Origin: an uncultured bacterium
GTDB taxonomy: Bacteria > Chloroflexota > UBA5177 > JANWHV01
Direction: 5' to 3'
DNA length: 64,000 nucleotides
Assembly (NCBI GenBank): GCA_963827235.1
Contig: CAWHAE010000009.1
Span: 320,001 to 384,000 of the forward strand
Each line of letters opens with the position of its first letter. The first letter of the stretch is position 1. The position numbers and the translations under genes are program-made. Below, one piece after another: positions 47,886 to 58,927 of this stretch. The notes beneath the pieces are model-generated. The model searched no databases. It had not been told where the DNA came from and was given only the letters and a program-made list of their open reading frames with translations.

Positions 47886-48824
47886 TCATTGCGCGCCGAT
47901 GCGCGGATCGAGCAGGCGGTAGAGCATGTCAGCCAGCAGGTTCATCAGCACAACCACCACTGCCACGACGATCGTGGCGCCCTCGACCACTGGGTAATCC
48001 CGCGCTTCGATACTGTTGACGGCGGCAAAGCCGACACCCGGCAGGTTGAAAACGTTCTCCACCACGAACGTACCGGTCACCAGACCGCCGATGGCCGGGC
48101 CCAGGAAGGTGATCACGGGCAGCAGTGAAGGCCGCAGCGCGTGGTAGTAGATCAGGCGGCGGCGCGAGATACCCTTGGCGCGCGCCGCGCGGATGAACTC
48201 CTCGCGCAGGGTCCCGATCATCGTGGTGCGCGTCAGGCGGGCCATGTACGCCGCGTTCCCCGCGGCAAGCACCGTGATCGGCAGCACGGCCTGCTGCACG
48301 GTGCCCCAGTTGGCTACAGGCAGCGAGGGATAGCCGTGCTGCTGCAGCCAGATGTCCACTGCCAGCAACAACGGGATGAGCACGAAGCTGGGCACCGAGT
48401 AGAGGATCAGCATGGCGGTCATGCTCAGCCTGTCGCCGAGCCGATTGTGATGCGCCGCCGCGAAGACCCCGGCGGGCACGCCGGCGGCCGTAGCTAGCAA
48501 CAGGGCCAGGATACCGATCGTGAAGGTCACCGGCAGCGCATCCCCCAGGATGGCCGCTACCGGCCGGCTGCCGTACTGGTATGAGTTGCCGAAGTCTCCG
48601 TAGCGCACGATGTGCCACACGTAGTCGCAATACTGCACCACCACCGGCTGGTCCAGATGATAGAAGTGAACCAGCCGGTGGTAGGTGGCAGGGTCATAAT
48701 GCAGGCCAAGCATGACCTTCACCGGATCGCCGGGCGCGGCATGGGCGATCAGGAAGGTCAGCAGCGTCACGGCAAACAGCACGAAGATCAGTCCGCAGAG
48801 GCGCCGGACCAGAAAGGCGAGCAT
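47886..48824 (-). CDS. Peptide ABC transporter permease (OppB/DppB type)
   Basis: APGDP, GDFGNSY, FIRAARAKG, RDYPVV, LLDPRI. Confidence 0.93.
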   Translation of the reverse strand: MLAFLVRRLCGLIFVLFAVTLLTFLIAHAAPGDPVKVMLGLHYDPATYHRLVHFYHLDQPVVVQYCDYVWHIVRYGDFGNSYQYGSRPVAAILGDALPVTFTIGILALLLATAAGVPAGVFAAAHHNRLGDRLSMTAMLILYSVPSFVLIPLLLAVDIWLQQHGYPSLPVANWGTVQQAVLPITVLAAGNAAYMARLTRTTMIGTLREEFIRAARAKGISRRRLIYYHALRPSLLPVITFLGPAIGGLVTGTFVVENVFNLPGVGFAAVNSIEARDYPVVEGATIVVAVVVVLMNLLADMLYRLLDPRIGAQ

Positions 48825-48841
48825 CGATTCTGACTCGGGAG

Positions 48842-50469
48842 CTACTGGATGGTGACGTCTGCCCAGTTCGGCGGAATGATCAGCGATCCGCCGCCCAGGG
48901 CGGTGAGGGCGAGACCCTTCACCTTTGGATTGATCAGCACGTTCGCCTTGCCCCAGTCGATCACGATGCAGCCGGCGGTATTCATGAGCAGTTGCTCCGC
49001 CTGTTGATACTTCTGGTAGCGCGCGGGGCTGTCGTGTGGCATGATGTCCGCCGCTTGGGTCAGCGAGTCGAAGGTCGCGTTACTGTAAAAGCCGTTGTTG
49101 AAGGCCACGCCGCTCTGGAACTCCAGGCTGAGGAAATCCTGCGGGTCCGGGTAGTCCGCACCCCACTGCACCGCCGAGAGATCGAAGTTGTGGTCGGTCA
49201 GAGCATTGGTGTAGGCGCCATGCTCGAGCTGATTCAGTCGCACGGTGATGCCCAGTACCTGCTTCCAGAACTCCTGCAGCGCCACGGCCTTGGTCTGGCC
49301 GTCGTTGTCTCCGCCGTCGACGTTCAGGGTGAGGGTCGGGAAACCCTTTCCGCCCGGGTAACCGGCCTGTGCCAGGAGCTGCTTGGCCTTGGTCTGGTTG
49401 AACGTCTCGCCTTTAAGATTCTTGTTGTAGCCCGGCATACCCGGCGGCAGCATGCCGTCGGCCGGCAGGAAGCGGTTGTCGAGCAGCCTGACGATCGTGG
49501 CGCGGTTGACGGCATACGAGAGCGCCTGGCGAACCAGCGGATTGTCGAGCGGCGTGCGGTGCTCGTTGACGACCAGAAACTCGGTGAAGAGCTGGGGAGT
49601 GGTGTGGAAGTCGGGCGTGCCCTGCACGTCCTTGAGGTGGTTGCCCGGGAAATTGATCATGCCCATGATGTCCAGGGCGCCGGTCTTGTAGAGGTTGTAG
49701 GCGGTCTCTGTATCCTTTATGAACTCCACGACGACGCCCGCCAGTTTTGGTGTGCCCTGCCAGAAGTAGGGATTGGGTGCCAGGTCGATTTCCTGGTTGT
49801 GCTTCCACTGCTTGACGATGAAGGGACCGGTAGCGGCGGCGTGCTCCGTCCAGTTACTACCGTATTTCTCCACCTGGTCGCGCGGCACCAGGAAGGCCAC
49901 GGAATAGGCAAGCTCGTCGAGAAAGACTGCCGCGGGCTGATCGAGTGTGATCTGCACCTTATTCGTGCCGATCGCCTTGAGTCCCTTCACCGTCTTGGCC
50001 TTTCCGTTGGCCATATCCAGGCCGCCTACGATGTGGCTCAGGTAGAAGCTGACGCCGCCCGCGGCATAGGCCGGGCTGAAGGCGCGAGTAAGCGACCACA
50101 CGACATCCTGCGCGGTGACGGGCGTGCCGTCACCCCATTTCAGACCCGGGCGGAGCGTGAACGTGTAGACCTTGCCGCCATTCGAGACCGTCCAGGAGGA
50201 TGCGGCGGCCGGCTGCACGCGCAGGTTCTGGTCCAGCCGCACGAGACCTCCGAAGACGAGGTTCTCCACCACGTCACTCTGCGCATCCCCGGCACTCGGT
50301 GAGGGAGGGTCTATGACGCCAGGTCGCTTTCACCCTCGTCCGAGATTCGCAGCACGCCGCCGGCCGCATGAGCCGGCGTCGCCACGCCGTGGGCGGCCAC
50401 CGGGCTGATCAATCCGAGCATGAGGCCAAGCGCGGCAGCAAGCCGTGCCGCCCGCGGTCGCATAGTCAT
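48842..50469 (-). pseudogene. Oligopeptide-binding protein (OppA type) with a 1-nt frameshift near 50314
   Basis: Signal-bearing frame MTMRPR..PAHA-AGGVLRISDEGESDLAS stops at 50311; the shifted frame continues IDPPSP..VVENLVFGGL through WGADYPDP. Confidence 0.8.
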
Positions 50470-50685
50470 TGGTCGTCCCCCTATTCCACACCTGCACGCT
50501 TACCCATGTAACCAATTGAAGTAGTGCATTCCGCTGTGATCACTGTACCTGATTCGCGATCGCCGCGCGCCTGAGACCGGCCTCGACCGTTCCGCTCTTC
50601 CGCACAGCGCGATCGCTTCTGTCCCTGGCCGCAGCGCAGCCGGATCGTCGCCGGCCTGTCGTGGACCATAGCGTATACGGCGATA

Positions 50686-50715
50686 TTGACGAGTCTCCCG
50701 GACACCCTTTACGAT
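50686..50715 (+). promoter_or_regulatory. Promoter of a probable leaderless transcript
   Basis: TTGACG-18 nt-TACGAT, ATG 6 nt downstream, no RBS. Confidence 0.6.
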
Positions 50716-50721
50716 GCGCCC

Positions 50722-51489
50722 ATGAGCGACCCGAGCAGCCCTGCCGAGCACGTCCTGCGCAACCGCGCCGCCTGGAACACCATGGCAAGCGAGTACGCCG
50801 CACCGGGGCGCAACGCCTGGCAGGAAGAGCCGCGCTGGGGCATCTGGCGCATACCCGATGCGGAGTTGCGGATTCTTCCGGACGTCGCCGACCTGGACAC
50901 GATCGAGCTGGGCTGCGGCACTGCCTACGTGTCGGCCTGGTTGGCCCGCCGTGGCGCGCGCGTCACCGGGATCGACAATTCGCCGGAGCAGATCAAGACG
51001 GCCCTGGCCCTGCAAGCAGAGTTCGGACTCTCCTTCCCGATCATCTTCGGCGACGCCGAGCACGTGCCGCTTCCCGACGCGCGCTTCGACCTGGCGATCA
51101 GCGAGTACGGCGCCAGCATCTGGTGCGATCCCTACCGCTGGATCCCCGAGGCGGCGCGCCTCTTGCGGCCGAGAGGCCGGCTGATCTTCCTCGTCAACGG
51201 CGTGATCCTCATGCTCTGCTCGCCCGATGCCGACGGCGTTCCGGCCGAAGATCGCTTGCTGCGCGACTATTTCGGCATGCACCGGTTCGAGTGGCCCGAT
51301 CAGATCTCAGTGGAGTTTCACCTGGGCCACGGCGATTGGATCCGGCTGCTGCGTGCGAACGGCTTCGACGTGGAGAATCTGGTCGAGCTGCAGGCGGCTC
51401 CAGGTGCGACCACGCGCTACCCCTACGTCACACCGGAGTGGGCGCGGCGATGGCCGTCCGAAGAGGTCTGGATCGCGCGCAAGCGTTGA
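50722..51489 (+). CDS. Class I SAM-dependent methyltransferase
   Basis: IELGCGTAY, GIDNS, FDLAISEYGA, LLRPRG. Confidence 0.9.
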   Translation: MSDPSSPAEHVLRNRAAWNTMASEYAAPGRNAWQEEPRWGIWRIPDAELRILPDVADLDTIELGCGTAYVSAWLARRGARVTGIDNSPEQIKTALALQAEFGLSFPIIFGDAEHVPLPDARFDLAISEYGASIWCDPYRWIPEAARLLRPRGRLIFLVNGVILMLCSPDADGVPAEDRLLRDYFGMHRFEWPDQISVEFHLGHGDWIRLLRANGFDVENLVELQAAPGATTRYPYVTPEWARRWPSEEVWIARKR

Positions 51490-51605
51490 GCGACTGAGCA
51501 CCAGAGGCAAAATCACATATTCGTCTGCTTCGCCCGCGTTGCACGGTTCTTCGGCGTTGAACGCGCTTACCGCGGTTGCACCGCGAGGACCGCCTGCGCA
51601 GGCCC

Positions 51606-53246
51606 TCAATCCAGCGGGAAGGGCGCGGGCAGCACGAGATCGACGTTGCGGTCGAGCGGAGAGCCGGCCTGGTTGGACTTGATGCCGCAGAGCGGATCGT
51701 TGGCCGCCAGCTCGCGGTGGATGGCTGCCAGTCGCAACACACCGCTCTCATCGGCCGGATCGATCGCCGCGGCATGATCGACCATCGTGCATAACAGCGA
51801 GAGAGTGCCGTCGCCGTTGGAGACAACCTCCAGCAACCGGGCCTGGCAGGGCCAATCCATCAACGACGAGGTCGTCACCTCCCAGAAACCGGCGGACCTC
51901 CCAGTGGGATCCGGTCGCGGCTTGACCGTATTGACGTGCGTGTGGCCGTTGACCCAGAGCACGACGTTGGGGAAACGGTGGACGAGCGCCTCGATTTCAG
52001 GTCCCAGCACCCGCGGCAGATCGCGCTCGCCTCCGGATGTCACCATGTCGTTCGACAGCGAGTCGACACCATGGTGTGAGATCAGCACGACCAGTCTGTC
52101 GGCGGCCGCGCACCGCACTCGACGGCCCGCGGCATCGAAGTACCTAGAATGAACCTCGGCAAGCCGGCTCTCCAGCCAGGCGAGCTGGGCAGCGCCGATG
52201 CTGCCGTGGTAGTTGCCGCCGGCGTTCACGGTGTCGAGCACCACCAGGCGGATGCCGTCATGCCTATCGTCCACGTAGAACGTCGATGGTCCTGAGCCGA
52301 CTCCGTGTCCCGCCGGGGAGCCGAGCGCCGCACGGTGTGCCAGCATGAATTCCGCGCGGTCGAAGTGCCGGCGCAGGGGATCCGCGGTGACCTCGCGAGC
52401 CGGACCGGCGAGGAAGATCTCCGGTGCCTGAATGTAGCTCTCGATCTGCTTCCTGATGTCGAAGCCGGGTGGCAGGGCCAACGGCTTTCGCCCGCCGGTG
52501 ACCAGGCGATTGAACGCCGGTGTAAAGAGGGCGGTGCCCTGAATCAGCGCGTCGTGGTTGCCCAGACAGGAGATCCAGGGGCGCGAGGATCCGGAGGCTC
52601 TGAACGGCTGGTAGGCCTCGGCGATCAGGCCGGGATAGGTGGGGAAGCCCCAGCGCTGCGCGTACTCGTCGCCGCCGCATTCGGGGTGCCAGTAGGCGCT
52701 ATCGCCCCATGCATCCGATGCCACCCCCTCGTAGGTCGGGCCTCCCGACTGTGGGAGGACGTCCGAGCCCTCCAGAAGGGAGATGGCCCAGCGCAGCTCG
52801 TTGACCTGACAGTTGTCCGTCAGGTCACCGGTGCAGACGAGGAAATCGACGTCCGCGCCCGAGGCGGGGTTCTTCCCGAGGGCGTTGATCGCGCGGATCA
52901 TGGCCTCGACTGCATACGGCTGCAAGAATTCCTGCGGCCGGTACGCCGGGGTCAACAGATGCATGAACGGCGGTCCCGTGAAGCGATTGACGAACTCGAA
53001 CCGGCCCGGCGACTGCTCGTCCTGTACATGGATATCGCTGATCTGCGCGAAGCTGAGCAGCGTACGCCAGCGTACGGCGTGCGGCGTGCCGGGCAGGAGA
53101 TCGAGCCGGCCGTAGTGCGACTCACCGGGACCGGCCGTGAGTCCGCGGTAGGGTCCTTGGGAGCCCGGCCTCTTCACGGCACCCGCCCGGATTGTCTGCG
53201 CCGAGGTCGTTCCCGCGAAGGCCGGCAGCCCGGCAAGCTCGTTCAT
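51606..53246 (-). CDS. Metallophosphoesterase, TIGR03767-like
   Basis: [42 protein letters not shown]. Confidence 0.85.
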   Translation of the reverse strand: MNELAGLPAFAGTTSAQTIRAGAVKRPGSQGPYRGLTAGPGESHYGRLDLLPGTPHAVRWRTLLSFAQISDIHVQDEQSPGRFEFVNRFTGPPFMHLLTPAYRPQEFLQPYAVEAMIRAINALGKNPASGADVDFLVCTGDLTDNCQVNELRWAISLLEGSDVLPQSGGPTYEGVASDAWGDSAYWHPECGGDEYAQRWGFPTYPGLIAEAYQPFRASGSSRPWISCLGNHDALIQGTALFTPAFNRLVTGGRKPLALPPGFDIRKQIESYIQAPEIFLAGPAREVTADPLRRHFDRAEFMLAHRAALGSPAGHGVGSGPSTFYVDDRHDGIRLVVLDTVNAGGNYHGSIGAAQLAWLESRLAEVHSRYFDAAGRRVRCAAADRLVVLISHHGVDSLSNDMVTSGGERDLPRVLGPEIEALVHRFPNVVLWVNGHTHVNTVKPRPDPTGRSAGFWEVTTSSLMDWPCQARLLEVVSNGDGTLSLLCTMVDHAAAIDPADESGVLRLAAIHRELAANDPLCGIKSNQAGSPLDRNVDLVLPAPFPLD

Positions 53247-53391
53247 GCGGTAGATTCTCCGTACACTGCAATCACTCAGGAACAACGAAGGATCCCGGGG
53301 AGTGCCCCGTCATCGCCCTGCTCGCGGGCACGAACCGGCATCGCGGGCATTGGGCACCTCTTTCGACTGGACCCGGCACGGCGAGTCGCCG

Positions 53392-53985
53392 TCATGAGGG
53401 ACCCGGCCCGTACAGGCGAGTGGTGAGCGACTCCCGGACACCGGGCCACTCGTCGTCGGTGATACTGTAGACCACGCTGTCGCGCGATCGCCCGCCCTGC
53501 ACCACCATGTGCTTGCGCAGTACGCCTTCCCGCATGGCGCCGAGCGCCTCGATCGCGCGCTGCGACCGCACGTTGAGCGCATCCGTCTTGAACCACACAC
53601 GACGGCAGCCGACCGTCTCGAAGAGGTGGCCGAGCATCAGGTATTTCGCCTCGCGGTTCAACCCGGTACCCCACCAGGCGCGTCCGAGCCATGTGGCGCC
53701 GATCTCGACGCTGTAGTTGGCCGGCTGGATATCCATGTAGCGGGTGCTGCCCACCACGGCACCCGTGGCACACTCGACCGTGGCGAAGGGAAGCTGCTCA
53801 CCTCGGGCCGCCCGCCCATAGGCTGTAGCAAGCCAGGCGGCAAAGTCGCTGGGTGGAGTTGCCATGTGACGGCTAATCTCCGCGTCCATAACAAGTGCGG
53901 CCAGTGCCGCCTCGTGCCGCTCTGCAAGCGGCTCCAGGCGCACCCAGCGTCCTTCCAGGGTTGGCGGCACAATTGTGTCCATCAT
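53392..53985 (-). CDS. GNAT N-acetyltransferase, RimJ/RimL type
   Basis: VGSTRY, VEIGATW, NVRSQRAIEALGA.REGVLR, RDSVVYSI. Confidence 0.9.
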   Translation of the reverse strand: MMDTIVPPTLEGRWVRLEPLAERHEAALAALVMDAEISRHMATPPSDFAAWLATAYGRAARGEQLPFATVECATGAVVGSTRYMDIQPANYSVEIGATWLGRAWWGTGLNREAKYLMLGHLFETVGCRRVWFKTDALNVRSQRAIEALGAMREGVLRKHMVVQGGRSRDSVVYSITDDEWPGVRESLTTRLYGPGPS

Positions 53986-54035
53986 CGGCAGTTTCCTAGT
54001 AAAAGATAGTACCGCGGCACGCAGGCACCCACGCT

Positions 54036-55319
54036 CTACGGTGCGTCGGTAGGCAGAAGCGAGGCGACCACCGCGTTGTGCCAGCAGGCCCGCACCCGCT
54101 CGACGCCGTGCCGGTTGGCGTCGGGATGCACCCGGTTGGTCAACAGGATCAGGAGCAGGTCGAGAGATGGACAGACGACGATCGACGTGCCGGTAAAACC
54201 CGTGTGCCCGTACGTATCCGGTGGCAGCAAATCGCCCGCCCAGGCAGGCTGTGGTGTTCCGGCCGCGTCGTCGGGAAAGATGGCGCTCGTCAGAGAGGAG
54301 TGGACCGGAGGCGCCACGGCAGTGGTGCCGCGTGCGTTCACCCGCCAGCCGAGACCATACGCACTCAGGCTGCCGGAAACCTGGACGCCGGTAGCGGCGG
54401 CTACGGCAGCGGGGCTTAGCAGCGTTCGCCCCTGCCAGGTGCCGCGTTGCAGAAGGAGCCGGCCGAAGCGCACGAGATCGCCTGCCGTGGCAAACAGACC
54501 GGCATGGCTGCTGATCCCGCCCATCGCATAGTGCGTGTTGCCGTCGTGCACCTCGCCCCGGATCAGGCCGGATCGCCAGCCCGCGAAGCGCAGCCCGGCA
54601 CGCGCTACCATGGCCCGCTCGTAGTGGTTCCCGTCTTCGGTGGCGGCGGCGAGGCTGCGGCGCCGGCCGGCCGGGCAGTAGCCCGCGTCGCGCATCCCCA
54701 GCGGCGTGAACAGAGCGTGCTGAAGCAGGTCGGGCAGATCCTCGCCGGCGACCACGCGCACGAGCGGCCGGATCAGGGCCATGCCGAGATCGCTGTACAC
54801 GACCTGCTCGCCGGGCGCGGCTTCGAGATCGAGCGACGCGATGTATCCCACGCTCTCCTCGATGGTCGCCGCTGCCGTATAGCAGGGTCGCCAGGGTGGC
54901 AGCCCCGAGCTATGGGTGAGCAGGTGCCGCAGCGTGATCCCGCCTTTGCCGCCGTCGAAGCCGGGCAGGAAACGCGCCACCGGATCGTCGAGACAGACCA
55001 GGCCGGCGTCGAGCAGGAAGAGGATGCTACTCACTCCCGCCACCACCTTCGTCACCGAGGCGAGATCGAAGAGTGTATCCAGACGCATGGGACGGTGGTC
55101 GGCGCCGATCTCCGCTTGCCCAACCGCCGATGCAGCCGCGATCGCGCCCCGCCGGGCCACCACCGCCACGGCTCCGGCATAGGCACCGGTTGTCACCCCA
55201 TCCTCCACGACTGCCATGGCTCGCGAAAGTCGATCGGCGGCAAAGCCGCACGTCTCGGCCGGCGCGCGCGGTAAGCCGAGATCCGGCTCGACGGTGGAAA
55301 GCTGATCGGATGCGCCCAT
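54036..55319 (-). CDS. Serine hydrolase, beta-lactamase class C fold (AmiE-like candidate)
   Basis: FDLASVTK (SxxK), LLTHSSGL, YSD, GEVHDGN, HAGLF, GHTGFTG, LTNRVHP; TAATG overlap with anmK. Confidence 0.9.
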   Translation of the reverse strand: MGASDQLSTVEPDLGLPRAPAETCGFAADRLSRAMAVVEDGVTTGAYAGAVAVVARRGAIAAASAVGQAEIGADHRPMRLDTLFDLASVTKVVAGVSSILFLLDAGLVCLDDPVARFLPGFDGGKGGITLRHLLTHSSGLPPWRPCYTAAATIEESVGYIASLDLEAAPGEQVVYSDLGMALIRPLVRVVAGEDLPDLLQHALFTPLGMRDAGYCPAGRRRSLAAATEDGNHYERAMVARAGLRFAGWRSGLIRGEVHDGNTHYAMGGISSHAGLFATAGDLVRFGRLLLQRGTWQGRTLLSPAAVAAATGVQVSGSLSAYGLGWRVNARGTTAVAPPVHSSLTSAIFPDDAAGTPQPAWAGDLLPPDTYGHTGFTGTSIVVCPSLDLLLILLTNRVHPDANRHGVERVRACWHNAVVASLLPTDAP

Positions 55320-56542
55320 TAGACGGCCGGCACGGGCATGAGGTCTATGCCGAGCCGTCCCGGTGTGATGCTGCCCAGAGGCACCGGCCGGGTCGCCCCG
55401 GTTACCGAGGGCAGGTTGCCCGACCTGCCGCGCAGGGTGAAGTAGGCAAGCATGCCGAAGAGCATGGCCTCCTTGGCATCCGCCTGGCCGCCCGCAGCTT
55501 CGACGGTGCGCAACGGGATCGGCGCCAGCGCGCCTTCCAGGCACGACATCAACGCCCTATTGTGAACGCCGCCGCCGCTGGCCAGGACTTCGGCGGGTAT
55601 CGCACCGCCCGGGAACCAGGTGCGGAGGGCTGCCGCCACTGCTTGAGCGGCAAACTCGGCCAGTGTGGCCAGGAGATCGGCTCGCGAAAGCTCGGGATGC
55701 GCGGAGAGCAGGCCCGTGGCGAACGCCTCGCCGAACTCCTCGCTTCCCGTCGCCTTGGGCGGCGCCGCCGCGAGGAAAGGATGTGCCTGCAGCTCCCGCA
55801 GGAGCACACGCGACACGGCACCGCGCAGCGCGTTGGAGCCATCGGGGTCGAACGACTCGCGGCCGCCGCTCGTCAGTCGCATCACCGCATCCAGCGGCAT
55901 ATTGGCCGGCCCGGTGTCGAATCCGATTACCTGCGCCGGATCGCGCGAGGCGGTGAGCAGGGTGAGATTGGCGATACCGCCCAGGTTCAGCAGCGCGCGT
56001 GCACGGCCGTCCTGCCCGAACACTAGCAGATCGAACAGGGACACGAGGGGCGCACCGCGGCCTCCGGCAGCAATGTCGCGTGCTCGAAAGTCGGAGACCA
56101 CGGTGATGCCCGTGCGCTCGGCGATCACGGCCGGATCGCCGAGTTGCTGCGTCGAATAGCAGCGAAAGCCGGCCAGCGTGCCGCCGGTCATGTCGCTCAC
56201 CGTGGTCTGGCCGTGGGATCCGATCACCGATACCTCCGGCGGCTGCCAGCCCGATCGAGCGATGACGTCCAGTGCCGCCTGAGCGAACAGCTCACCGAGC
56301 ACCACGTGCATTCGGCAGGCGGCGAGCGCGCTGCCTTCGCCGCCCTCGCAGATGGCGCCCAGGGCATCGCGAACCTCGGCGGGATACGGGCGAATGACGT
56401 AGTCACGCAGGATCACGCGCATCGGCGTCCCATCCTCGATCTCCACGGCAGCGGCGTCGATGCCGTCCATCGAAGTGCCGGAGATCAGCCCGACGGCCCG
56501 GATGAGCGAGTTGGCTCGCTCGTGCTCTTCGGTTCTCGTCAT
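55319..56542 (-). CDS. anmK: Anhydro-N-acetylmuramic acid kinase
   Basis: GLISGTSMDGID, GSHGQT, DFRARDIAAGGRGAPL, NLGGIAN, FDTGPAN, GGGVHN, KEAMLF. Confidence 0.96.
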   Translation of the reverse strand: MTRTEEHERANSLIRAVGLISGTSMDGIDAAAVEIEDGTPMRVILRDYVIRPYPAEVRDALGAICEGGEGSALAACRMHVVLGELFAQAALDVIARSGWQPPEVSVIGSHGQTTVSDMTGGTLAGFRCYSTQQLGDPAVIAERTGITVVSDFRARDIAAGGRGAPLVSLFDLLVFGQDGRARALLNLGGIANLTLLTASRDPAQVIGFDTGPANMPLDAVMRLTSGGRESFDPDGSNALRGAVSRVLLRELQAHPFLAAAPPKATGSEEFGEAFATGLLSAHPELSRADLLATLAEFAAQAVAAALRTWFPGGAIPAEVLASGGGVHNRALMSCLEGALAPIPLRTVEAAGGQADAKEAMLFGMLAYFTLRGRSGNLPSVTGATRPVPLGSITPGRLGIDLMPVPAV

Positions 56543-56549
56543 GACGTCG

Positions 56550-57041
56550 TCACCCTCCCGGGCTGAAATGCTTTCTGTAGATCAGCTCGGCGATGCCCGG
56601 CACGACGTAGTCCTGCAGGATGCCGACCTGTGCGTAGCCGTGGCCCTGATAGAAGCGCTGGGCAGCGACGTTGAAGTCAGACACCAGCAAGAACAGATCG
56701 TGCTGACCATCCTCCAGGGCTCGCTGCTCGGTGCTGTCGAGCAGCGCCGTGCCGATGCCATGTCCCCGGACTGCCGCGTCGACGCCAAGCTGCTTCAGAT
56801 AACCGCTCAGGCCAAAGCCGCCCCCGGCAACATACCAGGCAAAGCCGACAGCACGTCCATCTAGTCGCGCCACGCTTACCGTGGCATCGTCGCGCAGCGC
56901 GCGGCGCCAGAGATCGGCAGCCGATTCAGCGCTCACATGGTAGTGCGTCCACGGCTCGCCCGCAGCCATGATCTGCGCGCAGGACACGATGTCGTCGTCG
57001 CTCAGGGGCATAATCTGAAGGCGGCCATCCATGGTCACCAC
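56550..57041 (-). CDS. GNAT N-acetyltransferase
   Basis: EPW, VRGHGIG, LLVSDFNVAAQRFYQGHGY. Confidence 0.88.
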   Translation of the reverse strand: MVTMDGRLQIMPLSDDDIVSCAQIMAAGEPWTHYHVSAESAADLWRRALRDDATVSVARLDGRAVGFAWYVAGGGFGLSGYLKQLGVDAAVRGHGIGTALLDSTEQRALEDGQHDLFLLVSDFNVAAQRFYQGHGYAQVGILQDYVVPGIAELIYRKHFSPGG

Positions 57042-57919
57042 CCGACGCGCGACGGATCGGCAAGATCGCGCAGGCTATCGCCGACCAGATTAAAGCCCAG
57101 CACGCCAAGCATAAGCGCCCCACCGGGATAGATGACCATCCAGGGCTGCGTAGTGAGAAAGCCCTGACCTTCGGTGAGCAGGGCGCCGAGCGAGGGTGTC
57201 GGCGGCGAGATGCCCAGACCGAGATAGCTCAGCGCCGCCTCGATCAAGATGGCGTCCGAGATGGCAAGCGCGGTTTGGGTGATGGTTGGTGAGAGGCTGT
57301 TGGGTACGACGTGCCGGATCATGATGCTCCCATGGCCGGCTCCCGCGGCACGCGCCGCTTCGATGTACGGCTCGCCGCGAACGCCGAGCACGGAGCTACG
57401 CATCACGCGGGCAAAAATGGGCACGTAGATGATCGCGATGGCCAGGCCCACGTTGAACAGGTTTCCGCCGAGCATGGTCATCAGTGCAATGGCAAGCAGC
57501 ATGGCCGGAAAGGCGATCAAGACGTCCATGACGCGCATCAACACGGTATCGAATATGCCGCCGAAGTAGCCGCCGAGCAAGCCCAATGTGGCGCCGACCA
57601 GTAAGGAGACGGAGATCGAGCCTAGGCCGACTACCAGCGAGATGCGCATGCCGGACAGTATGCGGCTGAGCAGATCGCGGCCGAGATCGTCCGTGCCGAA
57701 AGGAAAGGCACCGTCCGGTGCCTGCAGGATTGCCGTTGGGTACATGGTGTCGTAGGGATGCGCCACCAGCACCGGGCCGATCAACGCCGCGAGCACGAAG
57801 ACGCCGAGCAGCACGACACCGGCGATGCCAATCCAATCGGCTCGCAGCCGGCGCCGGGATCGCGGGAGAATCCGTGCCTCTCCCGGGGCGTCGTCATCCG
57901 GCTGCGGCTTCTGCATCAT
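57035..57919 (-). CDS. Peptide-family ABC transporter permease (DppC type)
   Basis: FGTDDLGRD, YIEAARAAGA, HVVPN. Confidence 0.92.
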   Translation of the reverse strand: MMQKPQPDDDAPGEARILPRSRRRLRADWIGIAGVVLLGVFVLAALIGPVLVAHPYDTMYPTAILQAPDGAFPFGTDDLGRDLLSRILSGMRISLVVGLGSISVSLLVGATLGLLGGYFGGIFDTVLMRVMDVLIAFPAMLLAIALMTMLGGNLFNVGLAIAIIYVPIFARVMRSSVLGVRGEPYIEAARAAGAGHGSIMIRHVVPNSLSPTITQTALAISDAILIEAALSYLGLGISPPTPSLGALLTEGQGFLTTQPWMVIYPGGALMLGVLGFNLVGDSLRDLADPSRVGW

Positions 57920-57920
57920 G

Positions 57921-58871
57921 TCAGGAATAACGAATTCTTGGGTCAATCCACGCATAGCAGAGATCTACGACAAGGTTCACCACGATGACGATCGCCGCCA
58001 CCACGAAGACGACGCTCTGCACGAGCGGATAGTCACGCTGCTGTATGCCCTGGACCACGAGCCGGCCGACACCGGGTAGTGTGTACACGTTCTCCACGAT
58101 CACGGCGCCGCCCAGCAGGTATCCGGCCTGCAGGCCGACGATGGTCACCACCGGGAGCATGGCGTTACGCAGGGCGTGCTTTCCCAGCACTTGAGCGCGG
58201 CCAAGCCCCTTTGCCCGTGCAGTGCGCAGGTAGTCCTTGGATAGCACCTCGAGCATCGCCGCCCGCGTCATGCGCACCAGGATGGCCAGCAATCCAAGTG
58301 CCAGCGTGAACGACGGCAAGAGCATCACTTTGAGGTTCTCCAGCGGCGATTGGAGCAGCGGCACAAAGGCGAACGATGAGAGCCACGGAACGTACAGCGA
58401 CACGGCCAGAATGAGCAGCGTACCCAGCCAGAAGCTGGGAATGGAGAGCGAGATCAGGCAGAGCACGCGCCCAAGGACGTCCGGCAGCGTGCCTCGGCGC
58501 GTAGCAAGCCAGATCCCGGACGGCAAGGCGATGACCAGGGCCATGATCACGGACAGCACCGTTAGCTCGGCCGTGACGGGCAGAGCCAGGCCGAGCGAGG
58601 TGGTGATCGGCAGGCCGGTCCGCAGGGAGAAGCCCAGGTCGCCGCGCACGACATGACCGGCCCAGGTCAGATACTGCTGCCAGAGCGGCTTATCGATACC
58701 GTAGAGTGAGTTCAGCTCGGCGATCTGCTGCGGCGTCACGTCGGTGCGCGTGCCGAGCATGACCTCCACGATGTTGCCGGGTATCAGATGGATGGTCAGG
58801 AAGGCCACCACTGAGATGCCGAAGAGCGTAGGGATCGCCAGCAGGAGCCGGCCGATGATGAACTGGCGCAT
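57921..58871 (-). CDS. Peptide-family ABC transporter permease (DppB type)
   Basis: GDLGFS, DYLRTARAKG, RDYPLVQ, IDPRI. Confidence 0.93.
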   Translation of the reverse strand: MRQFIIGRLLLAIPTLFGISVVAFLTIHLIPGNIVEVMLGTRTDVTPQQIAELNSLYGIDKPLWQQYLTWAGHVVRGDLGFSLRTGLPITTSLGLALPVTAELTVLSVIMALVIALPSGIWLATRRGTLPDVLGRVLCLISLSIPSFWLGTLLILAVSLYVPWLSSFAFVPLLQSPLENLKVMLLPSFTLALGLLAILVRMTRAAMLEVLSKDYLRTARAKGLGRAQVLGKHALRNAMLPVVTIVGLQAGYLLGGAVIVENVYTLPGVGRLVVQGIQQRDYPLVQSVVFVVAAIVIVVNLVVDLCYAWIDPRIRYS

Positions 58872-58927
58872 GCCGTTCCTTCGGCGATCGGCAGGGTAGG
58901 CTTCTACCCCGCCGATCGCTCGCCAAG

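Noticed and set aside
54036-55319. Beta-lactam resistance gene
   Set aside because: No signal peptide and translationally coupled to anmK, which favours a cell-wall recycling hydrolase.
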